64,000 nucleotides of DNA from Lama glama. Lineage: Eukaryota. Position numbers and translations under genes: made by a program. The stretch is from the NCBI GenBank assembly GCA_028534125.1, contig CM052817.1:102240001-102304000 (forward strand). The letters run 5' to 3'. The notes beneath the pieces are model-generated. The model saw nothing but the letters and a program-made list of their open reading frames with translations. It did no database searches and was not told where the DNA came from. Of the stretch, positions 36,205-46,804 are shown in pieces. The stretch's first letter is position 1. Each line of letters starts with the position of its first letter.

Positions 36205-38241
36205 CTGCAGAAAGCAGTGTCCGACTGGGGCGTGCTCAGGAAGGGTGGTGTTGTACACCTGCCTCAGGAAGACGGGCTCGTTGTCATTCACGTCGTCCAC
36301 GACGATGCTCACCAGGCAGGTGGCGGAGAGCGGGGGCTCTCCGAGGTCTTGGGCCACCACTTTCAGCTCTACCGCCTCCTGGATCTCTCGGTCGAGGCTC
36401 CGGGTGGTGCTGATCACACCGCTTTCGGGATCGATGGTGAAGGACGGTCCACACTCTGCGGTGGGCCTCAGAGCCTCTGGGCTGCAGCGAGCCTGGAGAG
36501 GGACCAGCGTGTAGCGCAGTCGGGCATGGTCCGTGCCAGGCTCATCCGCATCCGAGGCGCTGACCCACAAGACCGCCGTGCCGGGGACCGCGGCCTCGGA
36601 CACTGAGGCCCGGTAATGCTCCTGGCTGAAGAGAGGCGGCTGGTCATTGAGGTCAGCAACACGGAGCAGCAGCGTCTGCTCGGTGCTCAGCGGAGGGGAT
36701 CCCGCATCCGTGGCCACCAGCCGCAGATCATACAGGTCGCGGCTCTCCCGGTCTAGGGGCCCCTCCACGCAAAGGAAGAATACTCCTGAGGGGCCTCCAG
36801 ACCGAAGCGCAAAGGCTCCCTCCCCGCCCTCCAAGACCAGCGAGATGCTCCCGCTGTCTAAGCCCACGCCAAGTTCCCCTGCGGCCTCCTCTTCCTTCTC
36901 TGGGTCGCCATCCGCGTCGGACACCGAGACCCTAGCCACATAGTCGCCAGCTCGAGCGCCCTCGGAGACGCGCGCGGCGCCTCCCTCGGTGAGGAAAAGC
37001 AGATGAATGGCGGGCCGGTTGTCATTCACGTCCAGCACGGCGATGGACACGCGCACGGTGGCGACTTCCGGCTCGGCACCTCCGTCGCGGGCCTCGACCA
37101 CCAGCTGGTGCCAGGCCTGCGCCTCGCGGTCCAGCGGCCTCTGCAGCCGCACCACGCCGCTCAGCTCGTCCACCGCGAAGTAGGCCGCGTCGCCCAGCGG
37201 CCCGCCGCTGCCACCCGCCCCGCCGGGAGCCTGCCGGGAGCGGACGCGGTAGCGCACGTGGCCGTTGGGCCCCAGGTCACGGTCGGTGGCGCGCACGCGG
37301 CAGATCTCGGCGCCTGGCCGAGCGTCCTCGCGCACGGCGGCGCGGTACTCGCTCTGCTCAAAGACCGGCGGGTTGTCGTTCTCATCCAGCACCCGCAGCT
37401 GCACCCGCAGGTGGCCGGTGCGCCGCGGGCGACCGCCGTCCCACGCCTCTACCTGCAGTTCGTGTGCTGCCGCCGCCTCTCGGTCCAAGCGCCGCAGCAG
37501 CACCAGGTCTAGGGGCTCCAGGGGCGACGAGAACGGCGGCGACGCTGGTGACCCCGGGGCCCCGTAGCGCAGCTGGAAGAATGGTCCTGCGGGGTCCTCG
37601 GAAAGCTCGGACGGCTGCACGAGGGTGTAGCCCTGTGTGCTGAACAGCCCGGCGTCGGGGTCTTCGGCGCCTGGCAGGCGGAAGGCGGTACCTGGCGGGC
37701 TGAGCTCGGAAACGTCGAGCTGCAGGGAGTCGCGGGGAAAGCGAGGCGAGTGGTCGTTCACGTCGTTGACGCGGATCTCCACCTGCACCACGGCGCCCAG
37801 CAGCGTGGCGGCCACGAAGCTATAGTGGTCCCGCCGCTCGCGGTCCAGGCGCCGAGCCGTGCGGATGATGCCTGTGTCCGGATGCACGTGGAAGTCGTCC
37901 AGCAGTGGGGAGTCATCCGAATCCTCCGACAGAAAGAAGCCGCCCCCCTCCTGCTGCTGCTGCGCGGCCGGCAGCCCGGCGCGGATGTCGCCGACTAGAG
38001 TGTTCGGAGGAAGCCCCTCGTCCACGGAAAGGCTGAGGTTGAACACCTGGGCGGATGAGCCCGAGGCCGCCCACAGCCACGCGTGCACGTAGAGCCCGAG
38101 CAGGAAGCGCTGCGCCCCGGCGCTGCCGCTGCCTGGCCGCCGGCAGGGAGCCCCTCTCCTCCCGGGAAGCAGGAGGCGCTTCCCGGCGAGAGCCCCCGGC
38201 TGCTGACACCCTTCGCCCATCCTCCGCCCTGAAGGGCTCAT
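36205..38241 (-). CDS. DCHS2: First coding exon of protocadherin Dachsous-2 (signal region, EC1-EC5, start of EC6); gene continues beyond the left edge of the window
   Basis: The ORF begins MSPSGRRMGEG..., has a hydrophobic segment FLLGLYVHAWLWAASGSSA, then repeated cadherin motifs (LDRE, AxDxG, and linkers DVNDHSP, DENDNPP, DVNDNRP, DLNDQPP, DVNDNEP). A canonical donor CAG|GTGAGT lies at 36205/36204 after ...GHCFLQ. The exon is 2037 nt (679 codons, phase 0). The N-terminus matches my recollection of mammalian DCHS2. Confidence 0.93.
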
Positions 38242-39100
38242 TTCTCCTCCAGCTCCCGGGGAAGGCTCCCGGGTAACTGCCAGCTTGTGACGGGATGGCA
38301 GGAAAATCCGGGAGCCTCTTCGGTGTCTCAGCCAAAGAAGAAAAGACTTTGTTTGGCAAACAAGCGAACAGACCCAGGAGTTCCCGAGGTTACATCTGCA
38401 ACTGGTGAAAACGCCCTCCGCCTGCAGCTCGTGCAGACGGGGAGCGAAGCTCTAGCTGCCTCTGCCGCGGCAGCCACCTCTTCAGCCCCTGGATTTCTTT
38501 AAAGGAGTCTCATCTATTTTTCTCTTTCCTTTTATTCCTTTTACATCTGTTCCTTATTCTGCTCGGCCGGTTGTTTCCCCCTGGTAAAGTCAGGTGCATT
38601 ATTTCTTTTGCCAAAAGGATGAAATTATTTAAAGGCGTACACACGAGGAGAGGATGGGGGTCGGGCCGAGGAAGGGGTGGAGTAAGGGCGGGAGGCCAGG
38701 AGTGAGGGCGCGGGGCCGGAGCGGAGGAGGGAGGGAGGAAGAGAGAGAGGGAGTGGTCCGCTGCTCCGGGGGGTGGCCGCTCCCCGCCGCGTCTCCGGGC
38801 GCGGAGGGCCGCACGGCTCCCTCTCCGACCCAGCCCTCGCGGACTCCCCTCCGCTCTCCTCGCTGCGCTGTGACGCGCCGCACACCCGGGCAAACTCCAA
38901 CCTGCGAGTCACCGCTCTGCAGCAGGGCGCATTCGTGGCTGGGTCAGGGATGGAGGACGGGGGAGCCAAGGAAGAAGGGCCCGGAGATTTGGACCTTGGG
39001 GCGGCTGGGGGTCGCGCAGGCGGGGCTTCTGGCGCGGCTAAGCGTGCAAAGTGGCGAGGGGCGGGGGAAGGTGAGGAGAGCAGCCTCTCCACGCCCTCCC
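38242..39100 (-). promoter_or_regulatory. DCHS2: Putative DCHS2 5' UTR and GC-box proximal promoter (TSS not determinable from sequence)
   Basis: Lies directly upstream of the ATG, with GC boxes near 38686 and 39058 and a weak TATA-like TTTAAATA on the minus strand at 38626-38633. Confidence 0.65.
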
Positions 39101-40119
39101 GGGCCGCATCCCCTTAATCGGCCCTTCAGCAGGCCTGACGCTTGGCTCCTGCTAAGCCAGAGGGTGGGGGTTATAATCACCTTGGGGAGCCAAACTTGTG
39201 TTCTCCATTTGGCGAGAGAGACTCGTCCCCAGCGGAAGGACAGATGGAGTCAAAGGCCGATGCGCAGCTGGGGCCAGGATGACTGCAAAGCGGGGCTGCA
39301 AAGCGGCGAGAGGCGGAACTTAGAAAAACCTTCGAGAAAACCGGGGGAATCTGTGACACACATGGTGGAAACCAGGCTTTATTATGCCGCTCAACGACTC
39401 GGGACATGTGAGTCTTGTCACTCCCCTCTGCCACCAGGAATGACAATAGATTCGGCTTGCGAACACTTTTTTTTTAATGCATTCAGCGCCATCACACCAC
39501 TTCCAGGATGTTTTACAATGCTGATTTATGGGCATAAAGAAGGGGTGGCCGAGGCCCATCACCCCCCAGCTCTCAGCCGTCACCTCTGAGCAGGGAAGTT
39601 GGCAGGCAGGGCAACTACTGATACCACTTGCAAAATAGCTTGTGTCTGAGCCCAAGAAAAATGCCAATAAATTAATTGTCATGGACGCAGGTTTCCTTTC
39701 AATTATCCGTAATGATAGGTAGCAATTGATAGATGGCCTATAATAAAAAATGCCGGAGGAAGGGCTCTCTGCCCTCTTAAGGATGGCTGGCCATATTTAG
39801 CAGATGGTTTCTGCAATTTTACATTTAGGCCAGAGGGAAGAATTAATTTCCTAGATACTGTTGCTCCCCTTTCAAGAGAACCAAAAGCCCTGCACAGCAT
39901 TCCTTGCAGCAACACCAAGATAGCTTTTTAATACATACAATCGCTAATCCACAGCCACATGATCATCTCTATGTCTGTTAAAATAATAATAAAACAATTT
40001 ATTTTATAGCAGGCCCATGACATGTAAATGGAGACATTATTAGAATAAATTCAGCTTCCTTTCACCAGGGAAGTCTCCTTAACATTAAGGAGATCTGTTA
40101 ACAAGTTTTTAGTCCCCTT

Positions 40120-41050
40120 CCCTCAGCCTCTGCAATCTCGCCCTAACTAGTCCCCCTGCCTCCATTCTAGCATCCAGATTGATATTTTTAAAACTAAGTC
40201 AAATCATGTGACACGCACCATCCACCCATCTCGGCTTAGAATCCCTCGGTGTATTTCCATTATACCTGGATTATATAATTCAGACTCTACCTGATGCGGT
40301 CTTACCCACCTTCCTGACCTCATCTCGCCTAGCACCACTGGGGATCCAGCTGCCCTGATCTTAGTACAAGTTAGGGACTGAATGTTTGTGTCTCCCTCAA
40401 AATTCTTGTGTTGAAATCCTATACCTCTGTGTGTTGGCTTTAGGAAGCCAGGCCTTTGGGAGGTGGTTGGATGAGGTAGATCATGGGATTGTCGCCTTTC
40501 TCTGAGCAAGGCAAGAGCTTGGAGCTCTCACCACGTGAAGGCAGAAGAAGCCAGAGTCCTCAACCAGAAGGAGGACCTGCACCAGAACCTGACCATGCTG
40601 GCACCCTGACCTCGGACTTCCAGCCTTCGGAAGTGGGAGGGAGAAGTTTCTTTGCTGATAATGCCGCCGTCCTATGGGCCTTTGTTATAGCAGCCTGGTC
40701 AGGCTCAGGCAGTGCATCTGTTGTTAGAAGCTGCCTGTGCCTGGGAGTCACTGCTTCTGCTTGTCAGAGTTTGGTTCTTTCTCATTCAGGCCTCAGCTCA
40801 AGTACCAATTGCTTAGAGACCTTCCTTGGCCGCCCGACCTACCTCAAGTAGCTTCTCCACCGTAAACCCTATGTCCTCACGTTAGATTTGATCCACGGCA
40901 TCTGAAAGTAGCTTGTTTTATTCATTTGTTTACTAGACTGTTGTGATCTCAACCCTCTTACTCACTTTAAGTGTTGCTTTATGCCAGAAGGTAGACTGGT
41001 AACTACTACGTAGTGAGTTTCTATTCACTAAATTTCTATTGGATGATTGG
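40120..41050 (+). mobile_element. L2 relic split by a MaLR LTR
   Basis: CCAGATTGATATTTTTAAAACTAAGTCAAATCATGT before the LTR; TCTCATTCAGGCCTCAGCTCAAG after it. Confidence 0.55.
40369..40711 (+). mobile_element. MaLR solo LTR (MLT1A-like)
   Basis: GGACTGAATGTTTGTGTCTCCCTCAAAATTC...GACCATGCTGGCACCCTGACCTCGGACTTCCAGCCT...TTTGTTATAGCAGCC. Confidence 0.85.
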
Positions 41051-41609
41051 ATGGAGGGTGGATTGAACTGGAGAGTAGATGGAGAGCTAATCTGTTGAAG
41101 GAGGGATTGGAAGCCATGACTCAGAATTAACTGGCCTGAGATCTTTCATGGTGATGGACTGTGTCTTCCTAATTTATTCATTTTGATCATTCCGGGGAGC
41201 TTCTTGAACTTCTTTTCAAACTTCTTCAACTTACTTTGCAAACAGTATTGTTATCAGATATTTACTTGAGTCTCAAAATAAAGGAAAAGCAGCTAGTTTT
41301 TCTGCATCGTTCACTGACACATTCATTGTAAACAGTGGTTTGGTTGAGAAACAAACAGAAAATGAGGAATGTCAAACATCTATTTTCCAGTTCATTTCAG
41401 CATGTGCAATTCGAGGTCTCCTGCCCATTTGACAATAACCTTCGTTGAATGCTCTGAGCAGCATTCTAGCATTAAGAATTCAATTTCATTGAGTAAAAGA
41501 AATAAGAGCATTTCTCAAATATGCCAAAAATAATTTTAGATAGCATGGAAGCCAACAGTCTGCAACAAATAGGGCCAGATCTGACCCTCTTCAGAGAGAC
41601 ATTACAGTC

Positions 41610-41815
41610 AACTGGCAAGAATTTGGGTTTTAAAGCTGGTTGCCACCTTGGTTTTGCTCTGTAATTTTGGGCAAGTTATTTCAACCTTGTTAAGCCTCAG
41701 TTTCACCTTCTCTAAGTTGAGAATTATAATATCTAGCTTACAGGGATCTTATGAGCCTTAAATGAGACAACATGCATGTGGACTAGCACGTAGAAAGCAT
41801 TCCACAAATATTACT
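41610..41815 (+). mobile_element. MIR
   Basis: TTGGGCAAGTTATTTCAACC...AGCCTCAGTTTCACCTTCT...TTAAATGAGA. Confidence 0.75.
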
Positions 41816-42139
41816 TCTTTTGCCCTCCGTTGTTTGTGTGAGGAGATATTTTAGGGATGCAGTGTTTTGGGATTCTCAGTAATATCAAACTCTGGCTTCT
41901 TAGCCTCCTTGAGGGTGTGGAGAGGGAAGTCAAATTCTTACTATTATGAACACAAACTATCATGGTCAGGAAGGCCCAGAGCAGATCTTCCCCTAGCGTT
42001 ACTTGGTTTAATAGTCCAGGAAGTCTGTGGTCAAAAACATTTTCTCCCAGACTGCAGATGTTCCTTCACTTGTAATAGTTAATTTCAATGGTCAAATAGT
42101 AATTAAGACCTAAAGCATCTCATATTAACCTTTTAGGAA

Positions 42140-42290
42140 AGGAATTATAATTATTATCCCCACCTTAAAGATATAAGAGACCAAGGTTCAGGGCATTGCA
42201 AGTGATTCAATGAAAGTCACAAAGATCTCAGTGGTGGAACTGGAATCTGAACCTAGATGGTGGTGCTTCAGCGTCCCTGGTCTTCTGAGC
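42140..42290 (-). mobile_element. MIR
   Basis: ATTATTATCCCCACCTTAAAGATA...AAAGTCACA...GAACTGGAATCTGAACCTAG. Confidence 0.6.
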
Positions 42291-42681
42291 TCTCCCTGAT
42301 CACATATCATCTCTGTGGTTTTCTGCTTAAAACAGACTGTCTTGCTTCTGAATTCTCATTGAAATCACTATAAGAAGATAGTAAGAGTTTTGGAAAGACC
42401 TGGGAGAATGACAGAAAGAAGAACTTTGGACGACACATTTGGGTGATGGTAGGATGGCCCAGGAGAACAGCCACATGGGTTGACTACTTGAGAATGCAAC
42501 AGAAAGAAACCAACCATTTAGAAATGGTACTTAAAGCAAGTGAGGAGGAGTTCTGTGGAATATGGAGGCTTCTTCCCAAGGGGAAGACCCTCTGAGGTTA
42601 GGAAGGACGCTGCATGCAAGGAGTACCATCTGGCTCATACGTCATCTTTCTAAAAGGATGCACTGAAGAGTGTATGGAGCT

Positions 42682-43053
42682 TGTGGTGGTTAAATGTTAC
42701 ATATCAACTTGGCTAGGCTATGGTACCCAGTTATTTACTCAAACGCTAGTTGAAATGTTATTGCAAAGATATTACGCAGATGTGATCAGTATCTATTAGG
42801 AGTTGCCTTTAAGTAAAGTGATTACTCTTGATAATATGGTGGGCCTCGCCCAATCAGTTGAAAGTCTAATGAGCAAAATCTGGGGTTTTCCAGAGAGGAA
42901 CGAATTCTGCCTCAAGACTGTAATGTAGAAATCCTGCCTACACTTCCATCCTGCTGGCCTGCCCTACCAATTTTGAACTTGCCAGCTCCCACGATCCTTT
43001 AAGCCAATTACCATATGTCTCTTGGATCTGTTTCTCTGGAGAACTCTGATACA
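42682..43053 (+). mobile_element. ERVL solo LTR (MLT2-like) with a perfect 5-bp TSD
   Basis: TGTGGTGGTTAA...TCTGTTTCTCTGGAGAACTCTGATACA, flanked by GAGCT at 42677-42681 and 43054-43058. Confidence 0.9.
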
Positions 43054-46000
43054 GAGCTTTATAAGAGGAAATGATTTCATGTCTAATATCATAGTCTGTA
43101 TTTCATATCTACATACATTTTGTGTTCTTAAAGGTTTAAAATCATCCTCTTAGATATAATGGGGATCTTGTTCAGATAGATAACTACATGGTAGCTAATC
43201 AAGTCCTCCTCCCCACCTTAAGACGTAAGCCATCCCACAGCCACAGATAATGGGCTGTTCCCTCTTTTTCAATGTTAAGATCTGATTCTATACACACTCA
43301 TTCTATTTTCTCAACCTATCAGAATATGATTTCATTTTATAGAGTATTAGTCTCTGTTTCCGATATCAATATATAGTTATTTCTTCTGGTTCTTTGGGAA
43401 GATGGGGAAAAACTGGTCAATAATTTCTTTACAGCAACACTTCATCATGTGGTTGGAGAGAAGTATAGTGTGGCTCATCATTAAGCAGATTTGGACGTAC
43501 TGTATCAAATCGTATTTTGCAAATCCAGTAGAAGCCGGTATGTAAGATTTACATACTAAAGTTCTCCCTATATTTGAAGATTATATTCTAAGTAGGTCTG
43601 AGACAGAACCCCTGGCTAAAGTAATGCCTGCACAATTTCCCCCCAAACCCCTTCCCTCTCCTAAATTGTTTAGTCTCCTTCGCAGAAATTGGTAAAGTAG
43701 ACCAACTTCTCCCCACTCCCTTCACCAGACTCCAGATGGCCTACAAAGGCCGATCAAACCTGCTTAAAGACACTGCCTTTAATATTTGGCTTTTCTGACT
43801 CTTGTCTTTGGCACACATGCACACACACACCATCTTGCTTCCCCTGAAAGCCTTTCTTTAGATGAAATGATCCCAGCTTCTTATTTCCTCAACCCTTTAA
43901 TCATTTTGTTTCTGTTCTCTGAACTCTTTCCAGTTTCCCTATATATCATATAAGACACAGAAACCAAAACCACACCATTGTCTAACAGGGTCTATACGCA
44001 TTGCCAAATCCAGAGAGGCTGACTTAACTTTTTCAACCAGAAATCAAAGCCAAGTCCAACAGGTTCTTAGCAAGTGGATGTCGGAACAGGTGTGACACTC
44101 CCATTCCAATAAAGCAACACCTTCTAAGTACATAATTATTCAGCATGGGAAGGTAACTGACTGGCTTCCACTTAAAGGGATTTTCTAGAATATTCGTGTA
44201 CTCGTGTAAGACAGCATGAAGGATGCAGCTAGTGAAGAAAAAGATAAATAGTGTTGAATCCTGTCCATATTTTTCTAGGTGTCGTTGCTATTCGTGTGAA
44301 GAAAAGGAAGCTGATCTGTTTCCTGGGACAAAGCAAAGTTCACTGAAATACATATACATAATGTACGTTATAATCATTCCAAGCAAGAGAAAGTGGAGGA
44401 AATACCCAGAGCCCTGCCAATCCCACAAATATTCAGTGAGAAAAACACCTGGATTCTCCCCAAGCCACAGCTGTTCAGTTGGAAAATGCCTGGATCCCAT
44501 TGAATCAAGGCAGTCGGGGAAAAGAGCCACATCCGGCCCAGTGTGTCTCCTCTGTGCGGCAGGCACACATGAATCCTATTTGATCAAGACACAGTTATTT
44601 TGGAAATAAATAGATCCTGCTGGATTCGAGTGCAGTTCACTGGGCACAGATATGACCTATGAGAACCTCCCTCAATACACAGACATTTGGTAAGAAAACT
44701 TGCACCACAGATTTTTGGCCGTGTCAATATCTTGATTATTTCTCTCTTGGAACATATGTGAACCTGGCCCCATTGCTGCTTGGTTAGCTTTGCCTGGATC
44801 ACAAAGGATCTGAGGCTTTTGCCCTGACTCTAGATTTAGCAGTGCGCACGTACCAAGAGAAATGCAAAATTGAATGACAACCTTATTTTTAGGATGCTCA
44901 ACAACACGGTAGCATTATCACCAACAGGAATGTTCCCCGCCTTTCTGAACACATGTGAATTAAGGGAAAAAAACGCTTTTGTCTCTATCTATCATCACAA
45001 TTTACATTTCCCACAGATTTCCATCTTTTTATGACATCAGCCTCTTCGGTGTCTAAGGCAACATTTTCATTATGTTTTCCAAAATGTTTTCAGCAATTCA
45101 GTATAGAGATACTACTCTTGGTCCTGAAACTAAACTGAAAATTAGGCAGATATGTACACAAATTAAATAACCCTTGAATTTACCTACTTCAAGGCAGGCA
45201 GAGCTTTCTTATAGCTACTATAATGTATCAGGAGTGATTCAGTGCTTAATACTTTCAAAGATGTTTTTAGATTGCTGTCCAAGCAAATCCTGAGGGGCGA
45301 GCATGTGCTTTGAGAAGTCACAGACTTGGATTTTGAGGGCTCTAGCACCCTAAGGTCCTTGGAGGGTCTGTTCTTCTCAACGATTTCCGCCAGAAAACAA
45401 GATTGCCGTCCCTGGAGAGGTAGAAACTGCTTTGTGAATTCAGGTGCTCCTCAAGCTTTCCTCCGTTGACTGCCAATTCCTTACTTCCCATAACTCTTTG
45501 TATCCAGTGCAAAAATAAAAAAAGACAGCAAAACAGAGGAATGAAATTCCAGAAGCTCTTGGCCATGGCAAGATGCTTTCAATTAATAAACCAGAGTCCC
45601 GCAGGAAAGTGGACCTGAATCCCACCAACTCCGGGCTCCGTTCTGACCACTGCACACCGAGTGTTTTAGTCATCAGCTAAACTCCAGGGTACCTACTGTA
45701 GGAACTTCACCGCATTGGCAAAAGCTTCTGTTGAAACACTGCTTCCTGTGTCTGCAAATGTGTATATATTTTTCCCTCTGCCTTCATGGGCTTTCATCCC
45801 TGACTCTTTATTCATAAAGCCAGCTTCCAAGTCTTTGCTGTGTTCTGTATCTTCAAGATCTCTTTTGAAGGCGCCTCAGTCTCTCTTCTCATGTATTTTT
45901 TATCTCCAGTCTGCCTGCTTCACCTGTAGATTTTAGTCGCTGTTCTTTCCTTCTTTTATAGAATCCTTCATCTCCAATCCAGACATAATGTGGAAACTTA

Positions 46001-46374
46001 AATAGAATAGCCATTAAAAATGCAGGATAGGGGAGATACATTAAAGACCCAAGAGATGGAGACCTTCACTGGGCACAGATGAATGTTAAATGCTCAGAAG
46101 TCACCAGGAGCAATCAGAGAGGCAACTGTTCACTTCTGAGTGAGTGCAGCCCACGAGGAAGAAGGCAGAGCTGTACGAGGCTGCAGAGTGGCCCCAGCGG
46201 CCAGTCCTTGAACCTTGCAGGTGCCCAGAGTGAAGGAGTCCAGGAACCGCGCCCTTCCTCTGTGAGCACACCACCAGCAGCAAAGCCGCGGATGGATCAC
46301 GGATCCAGGTATGGTGAAGGATCATTTGGGACCTCACTTTCTCTTGCTCATAGACCCACACCCTCGGAGTTCCC

Positions 46375-46804
46375 TGTGGTAGGTAAAAAAATGCCCCCTG
46401 CAAAAACATCCACACACTAATCCCCAGAAACCTACATGACGAAAGGGACTTGGCAGATGTGATTCAATGACAGATCTTGAGATGGAGGGATCATCTGGAT
46501 GAGCCTTTAGAAGTGAAAAAAATAGACAAGAGGATCAGAGAATGAAAAGGAGGTGAGACAACAGAAGCAGGCAGCCGTGTGTAGGGACCATGAGGCAGAG
46601 AACACAGACAGCCTCTTGAAGCTGGGAAAGGCAAGGACAAAACTCCTCTGAGCACCTGGAACACAGCCCTGCCAACACCGCGGTTTTAGCCCGGTGAGAC
46701 TGTGTCTGAGTTCTAACCTCCAAAACTGTAAGATAATACATTCGTGTCTTTTGAGGGACAAAGTTGGTGGTAGTTTATTACAGCAGCAATAAGAAACTAA
46801 TATA
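46375..46804 (+). mobile_element. MaLR solo LTR (MLT1D-like)
   Basis: TGTGGTAGG...AAAGGGACTTGGCAGATGTGATT...GCTGGGAAAGGCAAGGA...TTACAGCAGCAATAAGAAACTAATA, with TCCC on both flanks. Confidence 0.85.

Larger units (their letters stand above)
36200..39350. promoter_or_regulatory. CpG island spanning DCHS2 exon 1 and its promoter
   Basis: Sharp rise in GC and CpG content against AT-rich flanks, with several GGGCGG/GGGGCGGGG boxes between ~38680 and 39070. Confidence 0.9.

Noticed and set aside
36121..38241. The 706-aa ORF as a complete single-exon secreted cadherin
   Set aside because: Cadherin similarity stops at a consensus donor (CAG|GTGAGT, 36205) partway through EC6. The last 27 codons are intronic read-through, and I saw no minus-strand AATAAA between 35178 and 36120.
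37913..38359. 148-aa ORF overlapping the DCHS2 start out of frame
   Set aside because: It starts at TTG rather than ATG and has no supporting features.
38654..39589. 311-aa + strand ORF and the other overlapping ORFs in the CpG island
   Set aside because: Stop codons are scarce in GC-rich DNA, the products are low-complexity Arg/Gly/Pro sequence, and I recognise no domain.
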